Positions 1 through 8,154 of a DNA stretch of 64,000 bases are shown here, in pieces. A model generated the notes under the pieces. It saw only the letters and a program-made list of their open reading frames with translations. It was not told where the DNA came from and made no database searches. Position 1 is the stretch's first letter. Each line of letters begins with the position of its first letter. The DNA comes from an uncultured bacterium (GTDB lineage: Bacteria > Actinomycetota > Coriobacteriia > Coriobacteriales > Coriobacteriaceae), in contig CAJMOX010000009.1 of the NCBI GenBank assembly GCA_905215135.1, forward strand, positions 16,768-80,767, given 5' to 3'. Position numbers and translations under genes: made by a program.

Positions 1-2074
1 TGGCGGGCAGTGACTCGCGCAGCGTCACGTGCGCCTTCTGGTAGTCGGTCAGCGGTGCGCCGATCAGCTGCATCAGCTGCGTGGACAGGTAGTTGGTGGA
101 CAGGTCGTCGACCTCACTCGTCTGGTCGCAACCGGCAACGTCGTAGTTGGCCCAGATGATGTAGTCGGTCTGCCACAGACGCTCCTGATGCGTGGCGTCG
201 TCCTCGCCGGTAAACCACTTATCGTTGAACTTGGACGGGAAGAACGGCTGGTGGTCGCCCCAGAACACCACGACCACCTTACGGTCGAGCTTGCTCAGGG
301 CGTTGAGGAAGTAGCGAAGCGCCTGGTCGGACTGCTCGATGCACGAGACATACTCGTCGACATCGGAGAGCGTACCGTCCTCGACGGTCTTGACGTCCAG
401 GTCGGTCGTGTCGATGTTCAGGTGCATCTGCTTGTCGACCGGCAGCAGGCCCGTGTCGTAGCCCGAGTGGTTCTGCATGGTCACGTCGAAGATAAACTGC
501 GGATTGGCGTTCTGATCGAGCAGCTCAAGAATCTTGTCATAGGTAGCCTGGTCGGTCACCATGCCGCGCAGGGTATCGGCGCCCTGGAAGTCGTTGATGG
601 ACAGGAACTGGTCAAAGCCAAAGTCCTTGTAGACGTTCTCGCGGTTCCAGTTGGTTGCGTGGTTGGGGTGCATGGCGGTGGTGGAATAGCCGAGCGACTT
701 GAACTGCTCTGCCAGATTCCCGGTCGTTTCCATGTTGTAGATGGTGTAGGGGTACACGCCCGAGCCCAGGTTGGCCATGGAGTTGCCGGTCATAAACTCA
801 AACTCGGTATTGGCGGTGCCGCCGCCGTAGGCGCTCACGTAGAGCTTGCCGCGGCTGAGGCAGTTGGACAGGTTCTTAAAGTACTGCGGGCCTTCGTAGC
901 CGGCGCGCATGTTCTGGTAGATCGACAGATCCGAGAAGGTCTCGTTCATGATGGCGATGACCGTGGGCTTCTCGCTGTCGAACTGCTCCTTTGCGGCGGC
1001 GCGCTCGTCGCTCTTGGCCGCGTCGGACTTGTCGTAGGCCTTGGCGTACTTTTTGAGCGTGGCCTTGGCATCGTCGACGGAGTAGTCGGCGGGTTTGGGC
1101 GGCTTGATGGACTGCGCTGCGCTAATGAAAGCGGGCAGGTAGCCCTCGCGCCAGTAGCTCTCGAGCGGGCGCCAGGTGTAGACGGTGATGCCGAGGGTGT
1201 TGTAGTAGTCGATAAGCGTGACGTGCGCGGTCACGCCGCCCAGGCACAGCACGGCGACGAGCAGGTTGGTGAGCAGCATGCGCTTGGCGTTGGCGGCGCC
1301 CTTCTGACGGTGCGGTGCCACCAGGCCGGCGTACTCGCATAGCAGCATGGCGATGGCGGTAAAGCCCATGGACAGCACGCAGAACAGCGAGATGGAGAAG
1401 GTGTAGCCGGTGCCGGCGACCGCAGCGGCGGTGGAGATGGCCGAAAGGTCGCCCGGCTGGATGGGCATGGATTTAAACGTGATGACGAAGAACTCGGCAA
1501 TGCCCAGGACAAAGAGGGCAAAGACCAGGACCGCGGGAGCTGCGCCGTGGCGCTGGAACAGGAAGAACAGGCCGACCATGAGCGTGGTGATGATGGCCCA
1601 CTCGAGCAGGATGCACAGGGGGTAGACCCAGGTAAAGTCGTGGTTGGACGAGACCTCCATGCCCAGCAGTGCAAAGACGCCGGCGAGCAGCAGGCACAGG
1701 ACGGCGGCGACGAGTGGTTTGCCCACAAAGGCGCCGCGCAGGCGGGCGAGCTTGCCGGTGGGGGCGGGGGCGTCGGGCTTGGCGAACGCAAAGACGCGCG
1801 GGGCGATGCGATCGCGGGCGATGCTGGCCCAGGCGCAGCCGGTGAGGATGGCGTTGGTCAGGATGAGCATCACAAAGGCGAGCGGCTCGTTTTGTGCGAC
1901 GAGGCCAATAGCGCCACAGACGGTCAAAAAGAGCTGGAACAGGCCAAAGGCGACGCTCCAGGCGAAGGCGCCCTTGGTGACGGTGCCCGACTGAGCGCGA
2001 ATGGCCTTGGCTTCGCGCAAGACAAGGTAGACGGTCGCCGCAAGACCGACGAGCGAGATGGCGGCAGCGAACAT
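1..2074 (-). CDS. LTA synthase family (sulfatase-like) membrane protein, 3' end runs off window
   Basis: Own translation of the minus strand (absent from the ORF track because no stop lies in the window): AGGAG RBS, ATG at 2074, multiple N-terminal TM segments, then IMNETFSD, GGGTANTEFE, HPNHATNWNR, TMQNHSGY and FWGDHQP motifs typical of LtaS-like proteins. Confidence 0.85.
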   Translation of the reverse strand, partial: MFAAAISLVGLAATVYLVLREAKAIRAQSGTVTKGAFAWSVAFGLFQLFLTVCGAIGLVAQNEPLAFVMLILTNAILTGCAWASIARDRIAPRVFAFAKPDAPAPTGKLARLRGAFVGKPLVAAVLCLLLAGVFALLGMEVSSNHDFTWVYPLCILLEWAIITTLMVGLFFLFQRHGAAPAVLVFALFVLGIAEFFVITFKSMPIQPGDLSAISTAAAVAGTGYTFSISLFCVLSMGFTAIAMLLCEYAGLVAPHRQKGAANAKRMLLTNLLVAVLCLGGVTAHVTLIDYYNTLGITVYTWRPLESYWREGYLPAFISAAQSIKPPKPADYSVDDAKATLKKYAKAYDKSDAAKSDERAAAKEQFDSEKPTVIAIMNETFSDLSIYQNMRAGYEGPQYFKNLSNCLSRGKLYVSAYGGGTANTEFEFMTGNSMANLGSGVYPYTIYNMETTGNLAEQFKSLGYSTTAMHPNHATNWNRENVYKDFGFDQFLSINDFQGADTLRGMVTDQATYDKILELLDQNANPQFIFDVTMQNHSGYDTGLLPVDKQMHLNIDTTDLDVKTVEDGTLSDVDEYVSCIEQSDQALRYFLNALSKLDRKVVVVFWGDHQPFFPSKFNDKWFTGEDDATHQERLWQTDYIIWANYDVAGCDQTSEVDDLSTNYLSTQLMQLIGAPLTDYQKAHVTLRESLPA

Positions 2075-2287
2075 GCTGAGACTCCTCACAAACTAAAACC
2101 TACGAAAGCGGGGGTTTACCCGATTGTTACCAAGATATGCGCTGCATTTGCGGACTGCGCACAACAACCAGCCATATTAACGCGCACGTGTGGCGGTGTG
2201 GCGCAATGTAGTGGCGGCCTGCGCGATAATGGACGGGAATTACACGGAAACGTAAAGGCTTCTTAAAGAAATGGCGAGGATAGAGCT

Positions 2288-3163
2288 ATGGGTGAGCAGG
2301 TTTGTATGACGGGCGCCGAGTACTGCGACGGAGCTGCGGTCGTGGATACATACGGCTATCCGGTCGAGACTACGGGCAATGCGGTTCTGGACATCTTGGA
2401 GCATCGCTCGTCTACGCGTGCCTTTGCGCGCGACGACAACGACCGTCCCGTAGCGGTGACCGACGAGCAGCGCGCAGCGATTCTGCATGCGGCAAGTCGC
2501 GCGCCGTCGGCGGGCGCCATGATGATGTATTCCATCGTAAGCATTCGCGAGCAGGCTACGCTGGACCGTCTGGCCGACCTGTGCGACCATCAGCCCATGG
2601 TCGCCAAGGCGCCCTGGGCACTTATATTTGTGGTCGATTATGCCAAGTGGATCGATCTGTTTGAGCACGTGGGCTGCTTTGAGCCCGAGTTTGTCAAGCG
2701 CACGGGCAAAGCGCCCCGCCGCGCGCCGGGTTTGGGCGACTTTGCCATCGCGGCCCAGGACGCCGTGATCGCCGCGCAAAACGCCGTGGTTGCCGCCGAG
2801 GCCCTGGGGCTGGGGAGCTGCTACATCGGCGATATCGTGGAGAACGCCGAGGAAGTTGCCGAGCTGCTCGATCTGCCGCCCTATACCATGCCGCTGTCGA
2901 TGCTCATCATCGGCGCGCCCCGCAAGGAGCGCCCGGCCATTGCACATCCCGTGGTGAACCTGGTGCACGAGGAGCGCTACTGCCGTGCGGACGACGCGAC
3001 TATGGATGCGCAGGTGGCCGAGATGGATGCGATGTTTCGCCCGCACGCCCGCGAGGTGGGGGAGCGCGTCGTGGACATCTATACCCGCAAGCACACGAGT
3101 CCCTTTATGGCCGAGATGAGCCGATCCATGGAATGGTGGTTCAAAAACTGGCTTGGAAAATGA
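2288..3163 (+). CDS. Nitroreductase family protein (NfrA/NfsA-like)
   Basis: HRSSTRAF, RAPSAG, DAVIAAQNAVVAAEALGLGSCYIG motifs. Confidence 0.88.
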   Translation: MGEQVCMTGAEYCDGAAVVDTYGYPVETTGNAVLDILEHRSSTRAFARDDNDRPVAVTDEQRAAILHAASRAPSAGAMMMYSIVSIREQATLDRLADLCDHQPMVAKAPWALIFVVDYAKWIDLFEHVGCFEPEFVKRTGKAPRRAPGLGDFAIAAQDAVIAAQNAVVAAEALGLGSCYIGDIVENAEEVAELLDLPPYTMPLSMLIIGAPRKERPAIAHPVVNLVHEERYCRADDATMDAQVAEMDAMFRPHAREVGERVVDIYTRKHTSPFMAEMSRSMEWWFKNWLGK

Positions 3164-3164
3164 C

Positions 3165-3199
3165 GAATGTGACAAGGGGACAGTCCCTTTGTTACATTC
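3165..3199. repeat. REP-like palindrome (GGGACAG core)
   Basis: gaatgtgacaaggggacagtccctttgttacattc; related copies at 5650, 29993, 41463, 48157. Confidence 0.75.
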
Positions 3200-3217
3200 C
3201 ATATCGCCGCGGTAGCC

Positions 3218-3286
3218 TAAAGACTGTATAAATCTTTATCTAGCTGGGAAAACAGTGCATTAAAACATGGGCCGATTGCCTATAAT
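3218..3286 (+). promoter_or_regulatory. Putative kup promoter (-10 TATAAT at 3281) with candidate KdpE-type site upstream
   Basis: Perfect TATAAT at 3281-3286; taaagactgtataaatctttat at 3218-3239 reads TTTATA-N5-TTTA on the minus strand. Confidence 0.45.
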
Positions 3287-3321
3287 CCCTTCGAACATTA
3301 AAGTTGGGAGGAGACCGGCTT

Positions 3322-5349
3322 ATGGAACAAAAGGCCAAGGAGGCAGCCTCGCACGCTGCAATTCCTGTGAGCATCTCGGCGATGCTCGTCACGCTGGGCG
3401 TGGTGTACGGCGATATCGGCACCAGCCCTATGTATGTAACCAAGGCGCTCGTTGCCGGCAACGGCGGCATCGGAAGTGTGACGGAGGAGTTCGTGCTTGG
3501 CGCGCTCTCTCTTGTCGTGTGGACGGTCACGCTGCTGACCACCATCAAGTATGTGCTCATCTCGCTGCGCGCCGATAACCATGGTGAGGGCGGCATCTTT
3601 GCCCTGTACAGCCTGGTCAAGCGCTGCGGCAAGTGGCTTATCATCCCCGCCATGCTGGGTGGCGCCGCGCTGCTCGCCGACGGCATCCTGACGCCGGCCG
3701 TTACCGTTACCACGGCCATCGAGGGCCTGCGCACCATCCCGGCGGTCCATGCCGTGCTGGGCGATGACCAGGGCCGCGTCGTCGCCATTACGCTCGCCAT
3801 CATCATCGCGCTCTTCTTGGTACAGCGCATCGGTACGGCCAAGATTGGTCACGCCTTTGGTCCCATCATGACGCTGTGGTTTCTGTTCCTGGGCGGCACG
3901 GGTCTGTTCTTTGTCTTCCAGCACCCCGCCGTGCTGCTGTGCCTCAACCCGGTGCGCGGCATCGCCTTTTTGCTAAGCCCCAACAACCACGCGGGCATCA
4001 TGATTCTGGGCAGCTGCTTCCTTGCCACCACCGGTGCCGAGGCGCTCTATTCCGACATGGGTCACGTGGGCCGCGGCAACATCTACGCAACCTGGCCGTT
4101 CGTTAAGTGCTGTCTGCTGCTTTCCTATATGGGCCAGGGCGCTTGGCTTATCAACAACGCCGCCAACCCCGAGCTCATGGGTATCGCCGACCTCAACCCC
4201 TTCTACCAGATGCTCACCCCGGGCCTGCGTCCCTTTGCCGTCGGCCTTTCCACCGTCGCGGCCATCATTGCCTCGCAGGCGCTCATCACCGGCGCATTCT
4301 CGCTGGTGTCCGAGGCCAGCCGCCTGGACCTTATGCCGCACATGCAGGTCTTCTACCCTGCCGAGACCAAGGGCCAGCTCTACATCCCCATGGTCAACAA
4401 CGTCATGCTTGTCGGCTGCGTCATCGTGGTGCTGCTGTTCCAGAACTCGGCGCATATGGAAGCCGCCTACGGCCTTGCCATTACGCTGACTATGATGTGC
4501 ACCACGCTGCTGCTCTTCTTCTACCTGCACGAGGAGCGCAAGCTCAAGGTTGCTCCGTGGATCTTCGCGGCCTTCTTCCTTTTGCTCGAAGGCTTCTTCT
4601 TCGTGAGCTCGCTCACCAAGTTCTTCCACGGCGGCTACTTCACCATCCTCATGGCTGCACTCATCATGGGCATTATGGTGTGCTGGTACAACGGCACGGC
4701 GGTCGAGCAGCGCCAGTTTACGCTGCTGCCGCTGCGTAGCTACCTGCCGCAGCTCAAGCACCTGCGCGACGACGACCGTTACGAGCGCATGAGCGACAAC
4801 ATCGTGTACCTGACCAAGGACACCCATACCGACTACATCGATCGCGATATCGTCTACTCGATCTTGGACAAGCATCCCAAGCGTGCCCACGCCTGGTGGT
4901 TTGTGAACGTCGAGACCATGGACGAACCGCACACCTTTGCCTATTCGGTCGAGACGTTCGGCACCGACTACGTGTTCCGCGTGCATCTGTACCTGGGCTA
5001 CAAGATCAACCAGCGCGTCAATGCCTACCTGCGTCAGGTTGTTCAGGACCTGGCTGCCACCGGCGAGCTGCCGCCGCAGACGCATGACTACTCGGTCTAC
5101 AAGGATCCGGGTAACATCGGTACGTTCAAGTTCGTTCTGATCCGTAAGCTGCTGGCGCCCGAGAGCGACGTGGAGCCCAGCGAGCGCACGGCCATCACGC
5201 TCAAGTACATCATCCGCCGCGCCGCCGGCACGCCCGCACGTTGGTACGGCCTGGAGAACTCCAACGTGAGCTTTGAGTACGTGCCGCTGTTCACCAAGTT
5301 CAAGGCCGTGAATAAGATGCAGCGCCTGGCTCCCAACGAGCGACCGTAG
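3322..5349 (+). CDS. kup: KUP/HAK/KT family potassium transporter
   Basis: LGVVYGDIGTSPMY, ADNHGEGGIFALY, DGILTPA, TGAEALYSDMGH, AAIIASQA, AAYGLA motifs; GGAGGAG RBS before ATG 3322. Confidence 0.95.
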   Translation: MEQKAKEAASHAAIPVSISAMLVTLGVVYGDIGTSPMYVTKALVAGNGGIGSVTEEFVLGALSLVVWTVTLLTTIKYVLISLRADNHGEGGIFALYSLVKRCGKWLIIPAMLGGAALLADGILTPAVTVTTAIEGLRTIPAVHAVLGDDQGRVVAITLAIIIALFLVQRIGTAKIGHAFGPIMTLWFLFLGGTGLFFVFQHPAVLLCLNPVRGIAFLLSPNNHAGIMILGSCFLATTGAEALYSDMGHVGRGNIYATWPFVKCCLLLSYMGQGAWLINNAANPELMGIADLNPFYQMLTPGLRPFAVGLSTVAAIIASQALITGAFSLVSEASRLDLMPHMQVFYPAETKGQLYIPMVNNVMLVGCVIVVLLFQNSAHMEAAYGLAITLTMMCTTLLLFFYLHEERKLKVAPWIFAAFFLLLEGFFFVSSLTKFFHGGYFTILMAALIMGIMVCWYNGTAVEQRQFTLLPLRSYLPQLKHLRDDDRYERMSDNIVYLTKDTHTDYIDRDIVYSILDKHPKRAHAWWFVNVETMDEPHTFAYSVETFGTDYVFRVHLYLGYKINQRVNAYLRQVVQDLAATGELPPQTHDYSVYKDPGNIGTFKFVLIRKLLAPESDVEPSERTAITLKYIIRRAAGTPARWYGLENSNVSFEYVPLFTKFKAVNKMQRLAPNERP

Positions 5350-5409
5350 ACGTCGGCGGCTACACAGAGTTGGCTTTTGATGGATAAGCATGAGGCTGGG
5401 GAGGCAAAC

Positions 5410-5604
5410 ATGGATACAAAGGCGCTCGATGGCCGCGAGGCGGTGGTCGAAATGGTGCGTGAGGCGCGCGTCGACGCCGCCGAAGATCGGTTCTTTACGA
5501 ATCGTGCCAACATGGACATGGCCGATCGCGTGATTTCGATCGTGGCACTGGTATTTGGAGCGGTGTGCATGTGCGCACTGCTCGCGCACGTGCTGTTTGT
5601 CTAA
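5410..5604 (+). CDS. Small hypothetical protein with C-terminal TM helix (64 aa)
   Basis: GGAGG RBS before ATG 5410; hydrophobic C-terminus VISIVALVFGAVCMCALLAHVLFV. Confidence 0.6.
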   Translation: MDTKALDGREAVVEMVREARVDAAEDRFFTNRANMDMADRVISIVALVFGAVCMCALLAHVLFV

Positions 5605-5649
5605 CGACCGCAGGTTGCAAAGGCTATACACTTGAAACCACCACAAGGG

Positions 5650-5687
5650 AAACCACCATAAAGGTGCCTGTCCCTTTGTGGTGGTTT
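5650..5687. repeat. REP-like palindrome with a partial duplicate arm upstream
   Basis: aaaccaccataaaggtgcctgtccctttgtggtggttt followed by a T-rich tract; may also act as a terminator. Confidence 0.6.
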
Positions 5688-5716
5688 TTGTTTTTTGAGA
5701 AAGGGGCGGGGCGCTG

Positions 5717-7342
5717 ATGGACGTCCGTGCGGACGGCGATATTGCCGATAGCTTTTGGTGGCGGCGCACAACGCTGACGCGTCGCAGCCCTCTGTATGAC
5801 GCCTGCGTATCGGTGGGGCTGCTGGTCGCGGCGACGATTGTGGGCGCGCTGCTCGACCATCCGGGTCTCGCGCCGAGCATCATGATCGTCTATGTGTTCG
5901 CCGTTCAGCTGTGCGCATTCTTTACTTGGAGTCGCCTGTATTGCTTGCTGAGCTCGGCTGCCGCTGTGGCGCTCTACAACTTCTTGTTTGTCGATCCGCG
6001 CTACTCGCTGTCGCTTATCGACCGCGTCTATCCCGGCATGTTCTTCATCATGTTTGTGGTCTCGCTCGTGTCGAGCTCGATTGCCTTGGCCCTGCGCCGT
6101 GCCCTGGCACAGGCTGCCGCCAGCGACCGCCGCACGCATATGGTGCTCGAGACCAACCGCATGCTGCAGCGATGCGCCGATCAGCAGCAGATTGTCCATG
6201 CTATGGCAACGCAGCTGGCGCGTCTTTCGGGCCGTCCGGTCGTGTGGTACAGCGCCGACGCCGAGGGCGATGACCTGCTGCCGCGTGCGACATACACGGC
6301 CGTGGGCGATGCCGCGCCGGTGCACGAACTGGCGCCGCAGATGCCGCCGCGGCTCTCGGCGTCCGCCTATGTGGGTACGCCGCTCGATGCCACCTATGGC
6401 GGCTCGGCGTTTTATGGTATCTACCTGACGGTTCGCACAGGCGACGGCTTCGTGCGCTCGGGCGACCCCGCCTCGGTGGTGGGCGTGCTGGCTATCGTTG
6501 CTGAGCCCGACGTGCTGACGCACGAGGAGCGGACACTTGCCGACGCCATCGTGAGCGAAGGCGAGCTGGCACTCGACCGCGCCCGCGCCATGGAGGCCCG
6601 CGAGGAGGCAGCGGTGCTCGCCAAAAACGAACAGCTGCGCGCCAACCTACTGCGCTCCATCTCGCACGATCTGCGCACGCCGCTCACCAGTATTTCGGGT
6701 AATGCCGACGTGCTGCTCGATCAGGGCTCGACCGGCACCGCCGAGCTCGACGCCCAGACGCGCCGCGGCATGCTCCTGTCCATTCGCTCGGATGCGCTGT
6801 GGCTCAACGCCACCGTCGAGAATCTGCTCGCCATCACCAAGCTCGAGGGCGGCGGTATGCGTCTGTCGACTACGCTCGAGCTCATGGACGATATCGTCGA
6901 GGAGGCGCTGCGCCACGTGAACCCTGCCGTGCGCGAGCACGACCTTAAGGTGGTGGCGTGCGATGAGCCGGCGCTCGTCAACGTCGATGCGCGCCTGATG
7001 GTGCAGCTGGTGGTCAATCTGGTGAACAACGCCATCACCTATACGCCCGCAGGCTCGCATATCGTGATTTCGATTAACGTTGACGACGGATGCGTGACGT
7101 GCTCGGTAGCCGATGACGGCCCGGGCATTGCGCCCGAGGACCGCGAGCGAATCTTTGAGTCGTTCTACACCGCCAACCATGGTCTGGCCGACAGCCATCG
7201 CAGCGTTGGTCTGGGTCTTTCGCTCTGCCGTTCCATTGCGTTGGCGCATGGCGGTAGCATAGAGGTTGCCGCGGCGGACCCGCACGGCTCTGTCTTTACG
7301 ATTGGGCTTCCCGCCGCCGACGTTTCGTTTGATAAGGAGTAG
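5717..7342 (+). CDS. kdpD: KdpD-like sensor histidine kinase (TM region, GAF-like, HisKA, HATPase)
   Basis: YNFLFVDPRYSL TM motif, EQLRANLLRSISHDLRTPLT H-box, NLVNNAITYT, DDGPGI, GLGLSLC. Confidence 0.85.
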   Translation: MDVRADGDIADSFWWRRTTLTRRSPLYDACVSVGLLVAATIVGALLDHPGLAPSIMIVYVFAVQLCAFFTWSRLYCLLSSAAAVALYNFLFVDPRYSLSLIDRVYPGMFFIMFVVSLVSSSIALALRRALAQAAASDRRTHMVLETNRMLQRCADQQQIVHAMATQLARLSGRPVVWYSADAEGDDLLPRATYTAVGDAAPVHELAPQMPPRLSASAYVGTPLDATYGGSAFYGIYLTVRTGDGFVRSGDPASVVGVLAIVAEPDVLTHEERTLADAIVSEGELALDRARAMEAREEAAVLAKNEQLRANLLRSISHDLRTPLTSISGNADVLLDQGSTGTAELDAQTRRGMLLSIRSDALWLNATVENLLAITKLEGGGMRLSTTLELMDDIVEEALRHVNPAVREHDLKVVACDEPALVNVDARLMVQLVVNLVNNAITYTPAGSHIVISINVDDGCVTCSVADDGPGIAPEDRERIFESFYTANHGLADSHRSVGLGLSLCRSIALAHGGSIEVAAADPHGSVFTIGLPAADVSFDKE

Positions 7343-7346
7343 CGCT

Positions 7347-8060
7347 GTGCCGAACTCTGCCGTAAAACCGCTCATCTTGGTCGTTGAGGACGACCCCGCC
7401 GTTCGCAACTTAATCGTTGCCGCGCTCGAGGCGCACGGCTTGCGCCATATGGCTGTGGAAACCGCCCATGCCGCCATCGCCGCTGCCTCATCGCAGGCAC
7501 CGAGTATTGTGCTGCTCGATTTGGGCCTACCCGATATGGACGGCGTCAAGGTGGTGGAGTCGGTGCGCGCGTGGTCGGGCATGCCGATCATCGTGGTCTC
7601 GGCGCGCAGCGAGGATGCGGACAAGATTCGCGCGCTCGATGCCGGTGCCGACGACTACCTGACCAAGCCGTTTTCGGTCGAGGAGTTGCTCGCGCGCATT
7701 CGTACGACACTCAGGCGCCTTTCGTATGCGCAAACGGGCGGCGTTGCCTCCGAGGGCTCGTTCGATACCGGTGAGCTGCATATCGATTTTGATGCCGGCA
7801 TTGCCACGATGGATGGCGAGGAGCTGCATCTGACGCCGATCGAGTACAAACTGCTATGCCTGTTGGCCCATAATGCCGACAAGGTGCTCACGCACCAGTT
7901 TATCTTGCACGAGATTTGGGGCACGGCAACCAAGAGCGACCTGGCGAGCCTGCGTGTCTTTATGGGCACGCTGCGCAAGAAGATCGAATCCGACCCCGCG
8001 CACCCACGCTATATCCAAACGCACGTGGGCATCGGTTACCGATTGGTCACCCAAGGCTAG
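7347..8060 (+). CDS. kdpE: KdpE-like OmpR-family response regulator
   Basis: ILVVEDD, LLDLGLPDMDG, GADDYLTKPF, LRVFMGTLRKKIE, GIGYR; AAGGAG RBS before GTG 7347. Confidence 0.9.
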   Translation: MPNSAVKPLILVVEDDPAVRNLIVAALEAHGLRHMAVETAHAAIAAASSQAPSIVLLDLGLPDMDGVKVVESVRAWSGMPIIVVSARSEDADKIRALDAGADDYLTKPFSVEELLARIRTTLRRLSYAQTGGVASEGSFDTGELHIDFDAGIATMDGEELHLTPIEYKLLCLLAHNADKVLTHQFILHEIWGTATKSDLASLRVFMGTLRKKIESDPAHPRYIQTHVGIGYRLVTQG

Positions 8061-8084
8061 ATCGCCAACCACCATCCCAATATG

Positions 8085-8150
8085 AGTTGCGGTGAAATAG
8101 TTCCTGTTTGGGCCTTTACCAGGCTTTTTAGGAACTATTCCACCGCAACT
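8085..8150. terminator. 21-bp inverted repeat between convergent kdpE and rlmKL
   Basis: agttgcggtgaaatagttcct ... aggaactattccaccgcaact (1 mismatch). Confidence 0.55.
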
Positions 8151-8154
8151 TCGT

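Noticed and set aside
29..1342. 437-aa plus-strand ORF and the many other long antisense ORFs (e.g. 3973-5883, 28819-30822, 58301-59779, 60534-62570)
   Set aside because: Shadow frames of real genes in high-GC DNA; no motifs or RBS, while the opposite strand has clear family signatures.
3200..3321. c-di-AMP (ydaO) riboswitch upstream of kup
   Set aside because: Leader after the TATAAT is only about 30 nt and no ydaO-like consensus was recognisable.
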